From: an uncultured virus (IMG/VR IMGVR_UViG_3300005674_000175) | Taxonomy: Duplodnaviria > Heunggongvirae > Uroviricota > Caudoviricetes | IMG/VR virus record: IMGVR_UViG_3300005674_000175 | Direction: 5' to 3' (one strand) | Length of the DNA stretch: 20,000 bases | Shown: piece after piece, positions 1 to 8,763 of the stretch | Layout: each line of letters begins with the position of its first letter | How positions within the stretch are numbered: the first letter of the stretch is position 1 | Program-made: the position numbers and the translations under genes | Notes under the pieces: generated by a model | What the model was told of the DNA's origin: nothing | Seen by the model: only the letters and a program-made list of their open reading frames with translations | The model's database searches: none

Positions 1-657
1 AACGATAATGATCCTTATCATGTTTATGTTTCTTGGCTAAAGGATATATTCATTCAATGTAAAAGAATTCTTGTTGATGGAGGAAGACTTGTCATCAATA
101 TAGATTCCGTTAGAAATCGTCAAGATGATGAAGAATATATGAGACCGATTGCTGGCGATTTAATAAACGCTGGTAGAGAAGTCGGACTAAAGTATAGAAC
201 TGAAATTTGCTGGTACAAACAGAATTGGTCTGGTAGGGCTACCGCTTTTGGTTCGTATATGTCTTGTTCAAATCCTGCTATTAGAAGAAATCATGAGTAT
301 ATTATGGTTTGGTCTAAGGGAAACTGGAAACTTGAGGGAGATCCAGAGCTTTCGGATATGACTTCAGAAGAGTTCCAGAATTGGACTTTTAGTACATGGT
401 TTATTCAACCAGAAACAAGAAATCTCAACGATCATCCTGCTCCTTATCCAGAAGAATTAGTTAGAAGATTAGTCAAGCTATTTACATATAGGGGAAATAC
501 TGTTGTAGATCCATTCATGGGAACTGGAACGACAGGCGTTGTTGCTAAAGTTCTTGGTAGAAACTATATTGGTATTGATAATTCTCCTGATGATGTTGAN
601 NGGATAAAGGCCGCAAAAAAGGACGATATACAAACGGAGATGAACAAGGTTTTCTGA
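1..657 (+). CDS. Site-specific DNA methyltransferase, N4/N6 (beta-class) family, 5'-truncated by window edge
   Basis: Frame is open from base 1 (NDNDPYHVYVSWLKDIFIQCKRILVDGGRLVINID) into the 139..657 ORF. Motifs HPAPYPEEL and VVDPFMGTGTT (SAM-binding), plus RNYIGID. NN at 600-601 makes the extreme C-terminus uncertain. Confidence 0.92.
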   Translation, partial: NDNDPYHVYVSWLKDIFIQCKRILVDGGRLVINIDSVRNRQDDEEYMRPIAGDLINAGREVGLKYRTEICWYKQNWSGRATAFGSYMSCSNPAIRRNHEYIMVWSKGNWKLEGDPELSDMTSEEFQNWTFSTWFIQPETRNLNDHPAPYPEELVRRLVKLFTYRGNTVVDPFMGTGTTGVVAKVLGRNYIGIDNSPDDVXXIKAAKKDDIQTEMNKVF

Positions 658-659
658 TA

Positions 660-1124
660 ATGGATTTTGAAATTCAATTTTCCGATCTAACTCTTTTGGA
701 AGCAAATGGACATTTTGCTGATGTTTGTAAAATTATGTCAGATGTTGCGAACAAGACGGGAGCATTCAATAACAAAGGCGACTGGATGATCCGTTCTAAG
801 GTTACAATATTGAGTCCATTTGGTTTCGCTTTTTTGATATGTCATTTTTATAATAATGGTAAAGTGTATATATCTGAATATATGCCATCTAATAAAGATT
901 TGCACAATACAGATATTCGCTGCCTTACATATTGGTGTAATGAGTTTGGATGGAAAACCCCGGAACCGCTACCAGGTGTTGTTGAATCTTGGCTTGAATT
1001 TTGGAAAGCTGAATGGGATACTCATATTATAGATTCAGCATATCTTGATAAAAGATTTGGAGAGAGAAAAGAAATGGTGTTTGAAGAGCTAGATGAAGAT
1101 GAAGATCTTGAGGATTTATCATGA
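660..1124 (+). CDS. Hypothetical protein (154 aa, acidic C-terminus)
   Basis: ORF packed against neighbours, ATGA overlap with next gene; no recognised motif. Confidence 0.7.
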   Translation: MDFEIQFSDLTLLEANGHFADVCKIMSDVANKTGAFNNKGDWMIRSKVTILSPFGFAFLICHFYNNGKVYISEYMPSNKDLHNTDIRCLTYWCNEFGWKTPEPLPGVVESWLEFWKAEWDTHIIDSAYLDKRFGERKEMVFEELDEDEDLEDLS

Positions 1125-1321
1125 TTTGCCCTTTTTGTTCAAATGATATTGGTGAAAGATTGAACGTGTTTGGCACGATATGTACGAAGTGTAGTAAGTA
1201 CATACCTCCGCCTAAAGAACCGAGTTTTGTTTTAGTCACAAAAGATAACCTCAGAAGAAATCAAGAAAAAATCAGGGGTTTTATAAGAAAGAAAATGATA
1301 GGAGACACAAATGGCAATTAA
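1121..1321 (+). CDS. Small zinc-ribbon protein (CPFC...CTKC)
   Basis: Two CxxC pairs; GAGGA upstream of ATG; coupled to upstream gene. Confidence 0.7.
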   Translation: MICPFCSNDIGERLNVFGTICTKCSKYIPPPKEPSFVLVTKDNLRRNQEKIRGFIRKKMIGDTNGN

Positions 1322-1901
1322 GTCTAATAAGAGAATAGATTTTGAATACGAGCATGAGAGCGGAGGAAATACTTACTCCATTTCTTTGAGGCTTTTTGAG
1401 TCTCAAGAATATGGCCCTTGCATAGGTTTGTTAGATGAAAATGGAGAGGTTGCAACATCTCTTCCTGTCGCTATGTTCCCAGAAGTAACAGAGTTTCTTG
1501 TTACTCAGGGTGTTATAGAGGGGAGAAGGCCATCAACTTCTCCTTCATTGCCTAAGCCTGTTGCTAAGCTTTCTGCTCCGGTTGCTCGTCCATCCCTTCC
1601 TAAGCCTCGCCTCGTTCAGTCTAAGCAGTCTGTAAATCCTCTTAAACCATCAAGAGAGGTTGTTATAGTTGATTTAGAAAATGATACTGGCGGAACAGAG
1701 GAAGAAGATACTATTAGACAGATACAAGAAGCTGTAGAAGGAAGTAGCCCTGCAACATCTCTTGTTACTAAAGCCGAACAATCTCCGGTTATCTCTGATG
1801 AAGAGGCAAGGTTGATTTTGGAAGAAAGGCAGAACGCTATGAAGAAGGCTCAAACTGCCGCAAAGAGAATACGCAAAAAGTCTGATGAGGATGAAGAATG
1901 A
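1311..1901 (+). CDS. Hypothetical protein with Pro/Ser-rich linker and charged C-terminus
   Basis: AGGAGA RBS upstream; ATGA overlap with next ORF. Confidence 0.75.
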   Translation: MAIKSNKRIDFEYEHESGGNTYSISLRLFESQEYGPCIGLLDENGEVATSLPVAMFPEVTEFLVTQGVIEGRRPSTSPSLPKPVAKLSAPVARPSLPKPRLVQSKQSVNPLKPSREVVIVDLENDTGGTEEEDTIRQIQEAVEGSSPATSLVTKAEQSPVISDEEARLILEERQNAMKKAQTAAKRIRKKSDEDEE

Positions 1902-2149
1902 GTATCTACAAGTGTAAACTTGTTCCGCTTGATAGATTGCCGGTTGGTCCAGTTGGGGTTGTTTGTCCTCTTTGCAATGATTGCGAAACACGAGACTGTA
2001 CCAACCCAATAGAACCAGTCAAGATAACTGTTTTTGGTAGGCAGGTTAATTGGAAGATATATAAAAAGAGTCATATAGCATCTATAGTTGTTCAATGCGC
2101 AGGTTATAGTAAAGATAATGCCATATTACCAATATCAGATTCTGAATGA
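1898..2149 (+). CDS. Small Cys-rich hypothetical protein (CPLCNDC...C)
   Basis: Coupled ATGA start, GAGGA upstream, clustered cysteines. Confidence 0.65.
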   Translation: MSIYKCKLVPLDRLPVGPVGVVCPLCNDCETRDCTNPIEPVKITVFGRQVNWKIYKKSHIASIVVQCAGYSKDNAILPISDSE

Positions 2150-2396
2150 TAAAGACGAGCCTACCGGCGAAGTCATAGAAATCTTTCAAAAGATGAGTGA
2201 AGATTCTCTAACTATAGATCCAGAAAGTGGCAAGAAGATTCGCAAAGCGATTACCGCTCCTGCTGTAAAAGATGGAAGGCCTGTGTGGGAAAGGTGTGCA
2301 GACGTAAGAGAACATCTGCGAAACACAAAACCTAAATGGGTTAATGACAAAGAAAAAGGCATAAGAGAAAGATTTGATCCTAAAAAACATACCTAG
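2118..2396 (+). CDS. FmdB-like zinc-ribbon-fold protein lacking the Cys ligands
   Basis: MPYYQY...EIFQKMSEDSLTIDPESGKKIRKAITAP matches the MPxYxY..E..Q.MSD.PL..CP.CG..R.IS.P pattern without the Cys; start placed at ATG 2118. Confidence 0.6.
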   Translation: MPYYQYQILNDKDEPTGEVIEIFQKMSEDSLTIDPESGKKIRKAITAPAVKDGRPVWERCADVREHLRNTKPKWVNDKEKGIRERFDPKKHT

Positions 2397-2438
2397 TGTT
2401 CTTGTAGGTATTGGATTTCTTTAGGACGATAATCAACC

Positions 2439-4976
2439 ATGACTAGAATCATAAGCAATAGTGATTTTGTGCATCTGCATAATCATTCCGAGTATTCGTC
2501 GTTTGATGGGCTGAATAAGATATCTCAGTTTCCAAAGGCTGCTAAGGAAATGGGATTTAAGGCCTTGGCCTTGACTGACCACGGTAATATTGGCGGCGCT
2601 ATCAAGTTTATTCAAGAATGTAATGGTATTGGAATAAAGCCTATTGTGGGATGTCTTCTTAGAGGACAAGAAATAGTTACCTCTAAAGGGATTAAATCTG
2701 TTGAGAATATCATAGAAGGTGATTTAGTCCTGACTCATAATGGAAGATTCCGTAAGGTATTGTCTACTTCCAGAAGAATCCATAATGGAAGTTTTTATAC
2801 TCTTAAGTTTTCAGGACTAGGTAGGACTATAACCGTAACAGATGAGCATCCATTATTGGTTAGAACAATAGAAAATAAGGATATAGATAAAGCGGTTCCA
2901 GAACATTCTAATTTACTTAAATGGGTTCGAGCAGATCAATTGATAGCAGGAAGAACATCCAAAAAACTCGGTATGTCAACGTACAAAACTTACATATGTT
3001 TGCCAAAGCTTTTTGGAACGAATGAGGTTATAGATGTTCTCTCTTATATGCCGGAAAGATTAGGTTGTGTTGATGGTTTTATTTCAAAGATAGAAAAAAT
3101 CAATAAATACGATTCATTAAAATCCTGGGATTTACCATGTGAGTTAAAACTGAATGAAGATATAAGCTATTTGCTTGGATTATTTGCTGCTGAAGGTTCT
3201 TTTTCTAGATATGAAGATCATTCATTAAGTGGTGGTATAAGATTTTCTTTAGGAATTCATGAACAGGATTTGGCTGATAGAATTGCGGAAATTGTAGATA
3301 GATATTTTGGAATTGAAATAAATATACAACCTAGACCTGAAAAAGGTGGAATAGAAATTAGTTTCGCTAGTTTGCCTCTTGCTTATTTATTTGAAGGACT
3401 TTGCGGTTCTGGTGCTACTGACAAAAAGGTTCCTTATGAAATTTTGACAGCTATTCCGAGTTTACGAAAAGCCTTTTTAGATGGGGTTCTTGATGGAGAT
3501 GCCAAACAGGAAGGACAAAGAACTTTTAAGGTTATTTCTAAATCATTGGCTTGGGGTGTTAGGCAATTGCTGGCTGATTTAGGTCATTGGGCAACTGTTG
3601 CGGAAATAAAGCAAGAAAATAGTCAAATTGCATATGCTGTCCCTTATAATCCAGACAGGAAATATGCAAGAACGCTTCAAGACTCTCGCTATCTTTACAA
3701 GCCGTTGGTTTCCGTTTCAAAAACAGAAGATGTTGCAGAAGTATTTAATTTTGAAGTAGAAGAAGACAATAGTTATGTTTCTGATTGCATTTTACATAAT
3801 TGCGAGTTCTATCTTTCTAAGAATCATAATCATAGAGGTGAAAAGAAAGAAGGCAACAAGATTATTGAAGGTCAGACTGATGGAAGGAAAGGCAACCGTC
3901 ATCTTGTTTTAGTTGCCAAAAACTGGAAGGGTTGGCAAAACCTTTGTAGGCTATCTCAAAAGTCATGGACAGAGGGAGTATATATAGACCCTCGCATTGA
4001 TATCCCTCTTCTTGCAGAGCATAGCGAAGGTCTTATGTGTAATTCTGCATGTTTGAGTAGCGTTGTTAATGCTAATCTTTTGCACGATAGATATGATCAG
4101 GCAAAGGCCGCTGTTGCTCTTTTCAAGGATATTTTCAAAGAAGATTTTCATCTAGAAGTTATGTATCACGGTATTGAAGCAGAGGGAGCTATTATACCTG
4201 ACATAATCAAACTTGGCAATGAAATGGGCGTTCCGATTATTGCAACAAATGATTGTCATTATTGCAAGAAAGAACATGGAATGTCTCAAGAGCTTCTTAT
4301 GTGCATGAGTACGAGTAGGTGCTTAAACGATCCAAAGAGGCTTCACTTCCCTTATCGAGAGTTTTATCTTAAGTCTGCTCCTGAGATGGCTGTTGCTTTT
4401 GGTAATCATCCAGAGTTTCTTCTAAATACCGTGATGGTTGCTGATAAGGTTGATGCTAAGGATATATATGAAAATCTGACTTCTGGCATGAGGCTCCCAA
4501 GATATAAGATTCCCGAAGGATTTGCTTCTCCTTTTGATTTCCTTTCTCATCTTGCATGGGATGGAATGAAAAAGTTTGGATGGGATCAAAGTCAACCTCA
4601 TATTGACAGATTGAAGAGAGAACTTGAAGACGTTCGAGTTGCTTGGGATAATAACAAATACGATTTCGCCACTTACTTCCTTATTGTGCGAGATTATATA
4701 CAGAAGGCTAAGGATCAAAATATCCTCACTGGTTGCGGTAGAGGTTCTGGTTATGCTAGTGTTCTTCTGAGAGTTTTGGGCATTTCGTATGGGCCAGATC
4801 CATTGAAGTATGATTTGATTTGGGAAAGGTTTCTTGGTTTTGATGATAAGCATTTTATTCAGGATCAAGATTTCTTTGGAGAAGTTACTGTTAGTAAAGA
4901 AGATGCTTCTGGTCATGAGGAACTGTTTGAAGATAGAGATGTTACGGATGACGCGGGCGGCGTAGATAGGTATTGA
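2439..4976 (+). CDS. dnaE: DNA polymerase III alpha, N-terminal fragment (PHP domain plus start of palm), intein-containing
   Basis: FVHLHNHSEYSSFDG, ALTDHG, KPIVG|CEFY, HLVLVAKN, IIATNDCHY, YFLIV, GCGRGSG, WERFL. Ends 46 aa after ERFL without the PDID motif. Confidence 0.95.
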   Translation: MTRIISNSDFVHLHNHSEYSSFDGLNKISQFPKAAKEMGFKALALTDHGNIGGAIKFIQECNGIGIKPIVGCLLRGQEIVTSKGIKSVENIIEGDLVLTHNGRFRKVLSTSRRIHNGSFYTLKFSGLGRTITVTDEHPLLVRTIENKDIDKAVPEHSNLLKWVRADQLIAGRTSKKLGMSTYKTYICLPKLFGTNEVIDVLSYMPERLGCVDGFISKIEKINKYDSLKSWDLPCELKLNEDISYLLGLFAAEGSFSRYEDHSLSGGIRFSLGIHEQDLADRIAEIVDRYFGIEINIQPRPEKGGIEISFASLPLAYLFEGLCGSGATDKKVPYEILTAIPSLRKAFLDGVLDGDAKQEGQRTFKVISKSLAWGVRQLLADLGHWATVAEIKQENSQIAYAVPYNPDRKYARTLQDSRYLYKPLVSVSKTEDVAEVFNFEVEEDNSYVSDCILHNCEFYLSKNHNHRGEKKEGNKIIEGQTDGRKGNRHLVLVAKNWKGWQNLCRLSQKSWTEGVYIDPRIDIPLLAEHSEGLMCNSACLSSVVNANLLHDRYDQAKAAVALFKDIFKEDFHLEVMYHGIEAEGAIIPDIIKLGNEMGVPIIATNDCHYCKKEHGMSQELLMCMSTSRCLNDPKRLHFPYREFYLKSAPEMAVAFGNHPEFLLNTVMVADKVDAKDIYENLTSGMRLPRYKIPEGFASPFDFLSHLAWDGMKKFGWDQSQPHIDRLKRELEDVRVAWDNNKYDFATYFLIVRDYIQKAKDQNILTGCGRGSGYASVLLRVLGISYGPDPLKYDLIWERFLGFDDKHFIQDQDFFGEVTVSKEDASGHEELFEDRDVTDDAGGVDRY
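2652..3800 (+). mobile_element. Intein (383 aa) with LAGLIDADG homing endonuclease, in the DnaE PHP domain
   Basis: Starts CLLRGQEIVT, block B TDEHPLL, endonuclease blocks LLGLFAAEGS and FLDGVLDGDA, ends VFNFEVEEDNSYVSDCILHN followed by Cys. Removal restores KPIVG-CEFY. Confidence 0.95.
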
Positions 4977-4986
4977 AAGGATAAAT

Positions 4987-5550
4987 ATGTCAAGCAAAAT
5001 ATCTTGGAAACATCCAAATGATAATCATGGAGGAAGTGATAAAGGCAGGAGCGCTCAAGATATTGTTCGTGATTTTTTTGAAGCAAAAGGATGGACTGTA
5101 ATAAAATCATCAAGAGAAGAAGATCAATGCGGAATAGATTTTTACATAGAAGCCGGCGAGAAAAAATACTCTGTTGCGGTTTGCGGAACTTTTTACTACA
5201 AGATAAACAAAAATCATAACAGATTGATATATTCTGGATACAAAACTGATAAGATTCCAGGCGTTAAGCATTCTAAAGCAGATATTGTTGTTTGTTATAA
5301 TTCAAGTAATCCAGATTCTCTCTTTGTAGAGAAAAGAGTAAATATACTTGATTGGATTGAAAAGAATTATAAATCCTCTTTGGAAAAAGAAAACTTTTGC
5401 GATAAACCAGAAGAAATCCTTGTTACTGGATTATTGCAAAAAAGATTAAGAAGTGAAACTGGCTATTATGATTTGTGGGCTTGTATACCTCTCTCGTTCT
5501 TTAGAAAAGTGGAGCGACCAAAAGAATCATATAAAGGACTTTTTGATTAA
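4987..5550 (+). CDS. PD-(D/E)XK-fold nuclease-like protein, probably degenerate active site
   Basis: GRSAQDIVRDFFEAKGWTVIKSSREEDQCGIDFYI...KYSVAVC resembles the G..AE.....GW.V...ED..GIDF....VDVK pattern; AAGGA RBS. Confidence 0.55.
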   Translation: MSSKISWKHPNDNHGGSDKGRSAQDIVRDFFEAKGWTVIKSSREEDQCGIDFYIEAGEKKYSVAVCGTFYYKINKNHNRLIYSGYKTDKIPGVKHSKADIVVCYNSSNPDSLFVEKRVNILDWIEKNYKSSLEKENFCDKPEEILVTGLLQKRLRSETGYYDLWACIPLSFFRKVERPKESYKGLFD

Positions 5551-6401
5551 TGGCAGACACTATCATAAAAAGAGTTGGAGGCAAAGTGAAGATTAGAGAT
5601 TGGATCATTAAGTTGCTTCCAGTTCATACTGTTTATTGCGAGCCATTTGGCGGCAGTTTTGCTGTTGGTTTTGCTATGCCACAGTCTGATGCTAATTATA
5701 GACTTGTATACAATGATTTAGATAGTCATGTTTGGAATCTTTTTAGAGTATTGCGAGACTATAAAGAAGAGTTTTTACAAAAAGTAGAACTTACTCTATA
5801 TTCAAGAGAAGAATTAGAAAAAGCGGTTGAATACATTGAGTCTGAAAGAGATTTTATCAAAGAAAATCCTGTTGAATGGGCCAGAAATTATCTTATCTAC
5901 AATAGACAGTCAATGTTTGGTAAAGAAGATGGAACTTGGTGTGTATCTAGAACAGGAGAGAATATTTGCTTGTCATGGGCTGCTCTTCCTGATTTTATTG
6001 ATAGATGCGCTAAGTTCTTCAAGGGTGTATATATTGAAAATCTAGACTATATTGAATGTATTAAGAAATGGGATTGTCAAGAGACTTTGTTTTATCTTGA
6101 TCCTCCATATAAGGATGTAGAGAAGGCCTTTTATCATGTTAATAAAACTGAAGGCTTTGATCATAAGGCTCTTTCTGAGGTTGTCAAAAAGATAGACGGA
6201 AGTTGTGCAATTTCATACTATGATAGTCCTTTTATCCGATCTTTGTATACCGAGAGCGATGGTTTCGTATTTTATGAGAAAAATGTTGTAAAGCATATGC
6301 AGAAAATGGAAAAGAAATCATCAGCTACAGAAGTTTTGATTGTTAAGCAAAGTCGCTACGCAAAAGAAAAAGGTCGTACTGGAATGTGTTTTGGGGTTTA
6401 A
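5550..6401 (+). CDS. Dam/D12-class DNA adenine methyltransferase
   Basis: RVGGK, YCEPFGGSFAV, VYNDLD, FYLDPPY in alpha-class order; TAATG overlap with upstream gene. Target sequence unknown. Confidence 0.92.
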   Translation: MADTIIKRVGGKVKIRDWIIKLLPVHTVYCEPFGGSFAVGFAMPQSDANYRLVYNDLDSHVWNLFRVLRDYKEEFLQKVELTLYSREELEKAVEYIESERDFIKENPVEWARNYLIYNRQSMFGKEDGTWCVSRTGENICLSWAALPDFIDRCAKFFKGVYIENLDYIECIKKWDCQETLFYLDPPYKDVEKAFYHVNKTEGFDHKALSEVVKKIDGSCAISYYDSPFIRSLYTESDGFVFYEKNVVKHMQKMEKKSSATEVLIVKQSRYAKEKGRTGMCFGV

Positions 6402-6402
6402 A

Positions 6403-8379
6403 ATGGCGGATATGAAGCAAGAAATCCTTGATGCTGTAAAAGACAAGAGCCTTCTACCTTTGGTTGAGAAGGAGCTTGATATTATGGAAAAGACAGAGGG
6501 GCTTGATGATAAGCCTGTTCTACAAAAGTTTCATTTTATATGGAAGCACTCTGAAGGTAAAAAGGGTCATCGTAATGATATCAATTCATGGACGGCCTAT
6601 GCTCTTGGGATGACTGATAAAAAGCCGGCGAATGATTCAAAGTTTTTGCCTAAACGTAGAGCTTTTGCTCGTAAGGGCTTTCCTGATATTGATTCCGATT
6701 TTGACTATGAGCGCAGAGAAGAGATTTATAAGTATATCATAGATACATATGGAAGAGAAAACGTTGGAAACATTGGTACTTATTCTGCGCTGAAACTTCG
6801 ATCATTTGTAACTAGAGCTGTCAAGGCGTTAGATCCGGAGAATTCGTTTTTCAAAGGGTATGATGCATGGAAGACGGAAACAAATCTTTTAGGCAGAGAA
6901 ATTCTCGATTCTTTACCTCCCCAGTACGGAGCATTTCTAAAGATAGAGGGAGAGGATGGACAGGAACATGCGATTAAGACAGTCAAAGACGCTAATAAGT
7001 GGTGTGGCAAATTCGCTTACTACATGCACAAATACCCTGACATATTACAACATTCAGATAGTATTGAGGGGCTATTATCAACTTTTGGAGTCCACGCTGC
7101 CGGTATTGTTATTTCTAGTGAGCCTCTAGCAGATATAGCTCCTTTGCGTCAAAGTAAGATTAAAGACGAAGATGCAGGAGATGATGGAGAGGTAAGGTTT
7201 GCTTTTGCAACACAGTTTGAGTATAACGATCTAGAATTGCTTGGCCTAATCAAGTTTGATATTCTTGCTTTGAGTACATTGTCTGTTATAAATCAATGTT
7301 GCAAACTTGTTGAGCAAAACTATGGGATCAAGGTTGATATTTGGAACTTGCCTTTAGATGATAAGAAAACATTCGACCTATATAAAAGCGGCAAGTTGAC
7401 TGGTGTATTCCAATGCGAAGAGCCGGGAATGCAAAAGGCTATGGTGAGAATCAAGGTTGATTCTCTTGATGATATCATGGCTGGTATTTCTTTGTATCGC
7501 CCCGGTCCAATGGAGTCTATTCCAACATATTGTAATAGAAAAGATGGAACTGAAAGTATGAGTTATTTTCATCCGTCTTTGAGACAGTATATTGAACCTC
7601 ATGTGAAAAAGACATACGGTTTACTTGTTTATCAAGAACAGGTAATGCAGATTTGTAACTCTGTAGCAGGATTCTCGATTCCCGAAGGCTACGTTGTTAT
7701 TAAGGCAATTGGTAAGAAGAAGCCAGAGTTGCTTGCTAAGTATAGAGCAAGGTTTATATCTGGCGCAAAAGAAAATGGTATTGAAGAGTCTGTTTCTGCT
7801 GGTTACTGGGATAAGGTAATCATGCCGTTTGCTGATTATGGCTTTAATAAGGCGCATGCTTGTTGTTACGCATACAATTCTTATATTACCGCTTACCTTA
7901 AGGCTCATTATCCAGAAGAATTCCTTACCGCATATCTGAATGTTGAGATTAACAGGTCTAAATATGAAAAGGTAGAAACTCTTGAGAAGATGGCTAACGA
8001 AATGGATATAGAGATTCTTCCAAGACAGATAAACCAGTGTAAGTTAGAATATATGATTGTAAACAAAGCGGACCCTGCAAATGGGATTCCTCGCTCTCAA
8101 ATCATGCCTTCTATCAAGTGTAAGGGTTTGAGTAAGAATGCTGCTGATGATATAGTTTCCAAACAGCCGTTTACAGATTTGGCAGACTTTGCAGAAAAAA
8201 CAGATACAAAAATGGTTGATATGAAGGCTTTTGAGTCCTTATTGGCTGCTGGATTTTTCAGGCCTAAACAGGGAAGGGGTCAAAGCAGCGAGACGATAAT
8301 GAAGAAATTTGAGATTATACGAGAAGATCTCAAGAAAGCACGAAAAAAGGGAGTTCCGATAGGGAACATATTTGGGTGA
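6403..8379 (+). CDS. dnaE: DNA polymerase III alpha, C-terminal fragment (catalytic palm, fingers, HhH), no OB/CTD region
   Basis: FPDIDSDF, GVHAAGIVIS, GLIKFDILAL, GVFQCE, SLYRPGP, TYGLLVYQEQVMQI, YGFNKAHA, YLKAHYPEEF. Start placed at ATG 6403, 1 nt after the methylase stop. Confidence 0.95.
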   Translation: MADMKQEILDAVKDKSLLPLVEKELDIMEKTEGLDDKPVLQKFHFIWKHSEGKKGHRNDINSWTAYALGMTDKKPANDSKFLPKRRAFARKGFPDIDSDFDYERREEIYKYIIDTYGRENVGNIGTYSALKLRSFVTRAVKALDPENSFFKGYDAWKTETNLLGREILDSLPPQYGAFLKIEGEDGQEHAIKTVKDANKWCGKFAYYMHKYPDILQHSDSIEGLLSTFGVHAAGIVISSEPLADIAPLRQSKIKDEDAGDDGEVRFAFATQFEYNDLELLGLIKFDILALSTLSVINQCCKLVEQNYGIKVDIWNLPLDDKKTFDLYKSGKLTGVFQCEEPGMQKAMVRIKVDSLDDIMAGISLYRPGPMESIPTYCNRKDGTESMSYFHPSLRQYIEPHVKKTYGLLVYQEQVMQICNSVAGFSIPEGYVVIKAIGKKKPELLAKYRARFISGAKENGIEESVSAGYWDKVIMPFADYGFNKAHACCYAYNSYITAYLKAHYPEEFLTAYLNVEINRSKYEKVETLEKMANEMDIEILPRQINQCKLEYMIVNKADPANGIPRSQIMPSIKCKGLSKNAADDIVSKQPFTDLADFAEKTDTKMVDMKAFESLLAAGFFRPKQGRGQSSETIMKKFEIIREDLKKARKKGVPIGNIFG

Positions 8380-8431
8380 AATGAGAATTTAGACAAACAA
8401 GAGTTGTCGAAGCAAGAGAATGGAGAATTCT

Positions 8432-8746
8432 ATGTCAGCAGAACAGCAAATAAGAAAATCAACGATTACCAAGAGTATAACTAGAAAGTATAACGTTGCT
8501 AGGTTTGAAACTTTGGACGTTATGATTCAACATGAACACGAAATCGAATGGGATTCTATTGCTACTCTCAAGTCAAAGAGCAATAACATTACAACTTTGA
8601 TTAGGGAAGATTTTGAAGATACTGCTAATAGGGTTTTGACAGAGCTACAGCTTAATGGATATAAGGCTTTTGTTACAAATACCCAAGAAAATAACAAAAG
8701 ACCAATGACTCCGGAAGAAAAGAAAGATTTTGACGCTCTTGGTTGA
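8432..8746 (+). CDS. Hypothetical protein
   Basis: GGAG at 8422-8425 favours ATG 8432 over 8420; RKYNVARFETLDV segment. Confidence 0.7.
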   Translation: MSAEQQIRKSTITKSITRKYNVARFETLDVMIQHEHEIEWDSIATLKSKSNNITTLIREDFEDTANRVLTELQLNGYKAFVTNTQENNKRPMTPEEKKDFDALG

Positions 8747-8763
8747 AGTTAAAGGAAGAAGCA

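Noticed and set aside
595..657. Odd C-terminus of first methyltransferase
   Set aside because: Coincides with NN at 600-601; likely an assembly gap rather than biology.
660..1124. Possible degenerate GNAT fold
   Set aside because: No acetyl-CoA binding motif; resemblance too faint.
2389..2411. ATACCTA/TAGGTAT hairpin before dnaE as a terminator
   Set aside because: Weak AT-rich 7-bp stem with no immediate U tract.
4422..4997. Antisense and alternative-frame ORFs in the track (also 11836..12267, 12271..12675, 18499..18906 and others)
   Set aside because: They shadow well-supported genes and have no recognisable motifs.
4836..6681. Split intein joining the DnaE halves
   Set aside because: No Cys/Ser-initiated IntN after ERFL (the tail has no Cys) and no block F/G ending HN-C/S/T before PDID.
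4836..6681. Group I/II intron interrupting dnaE
   Set aside because: Interval is fully coding with gaps of 10 nt or less; no room for or sign of a ribozyme core, and no maturase.
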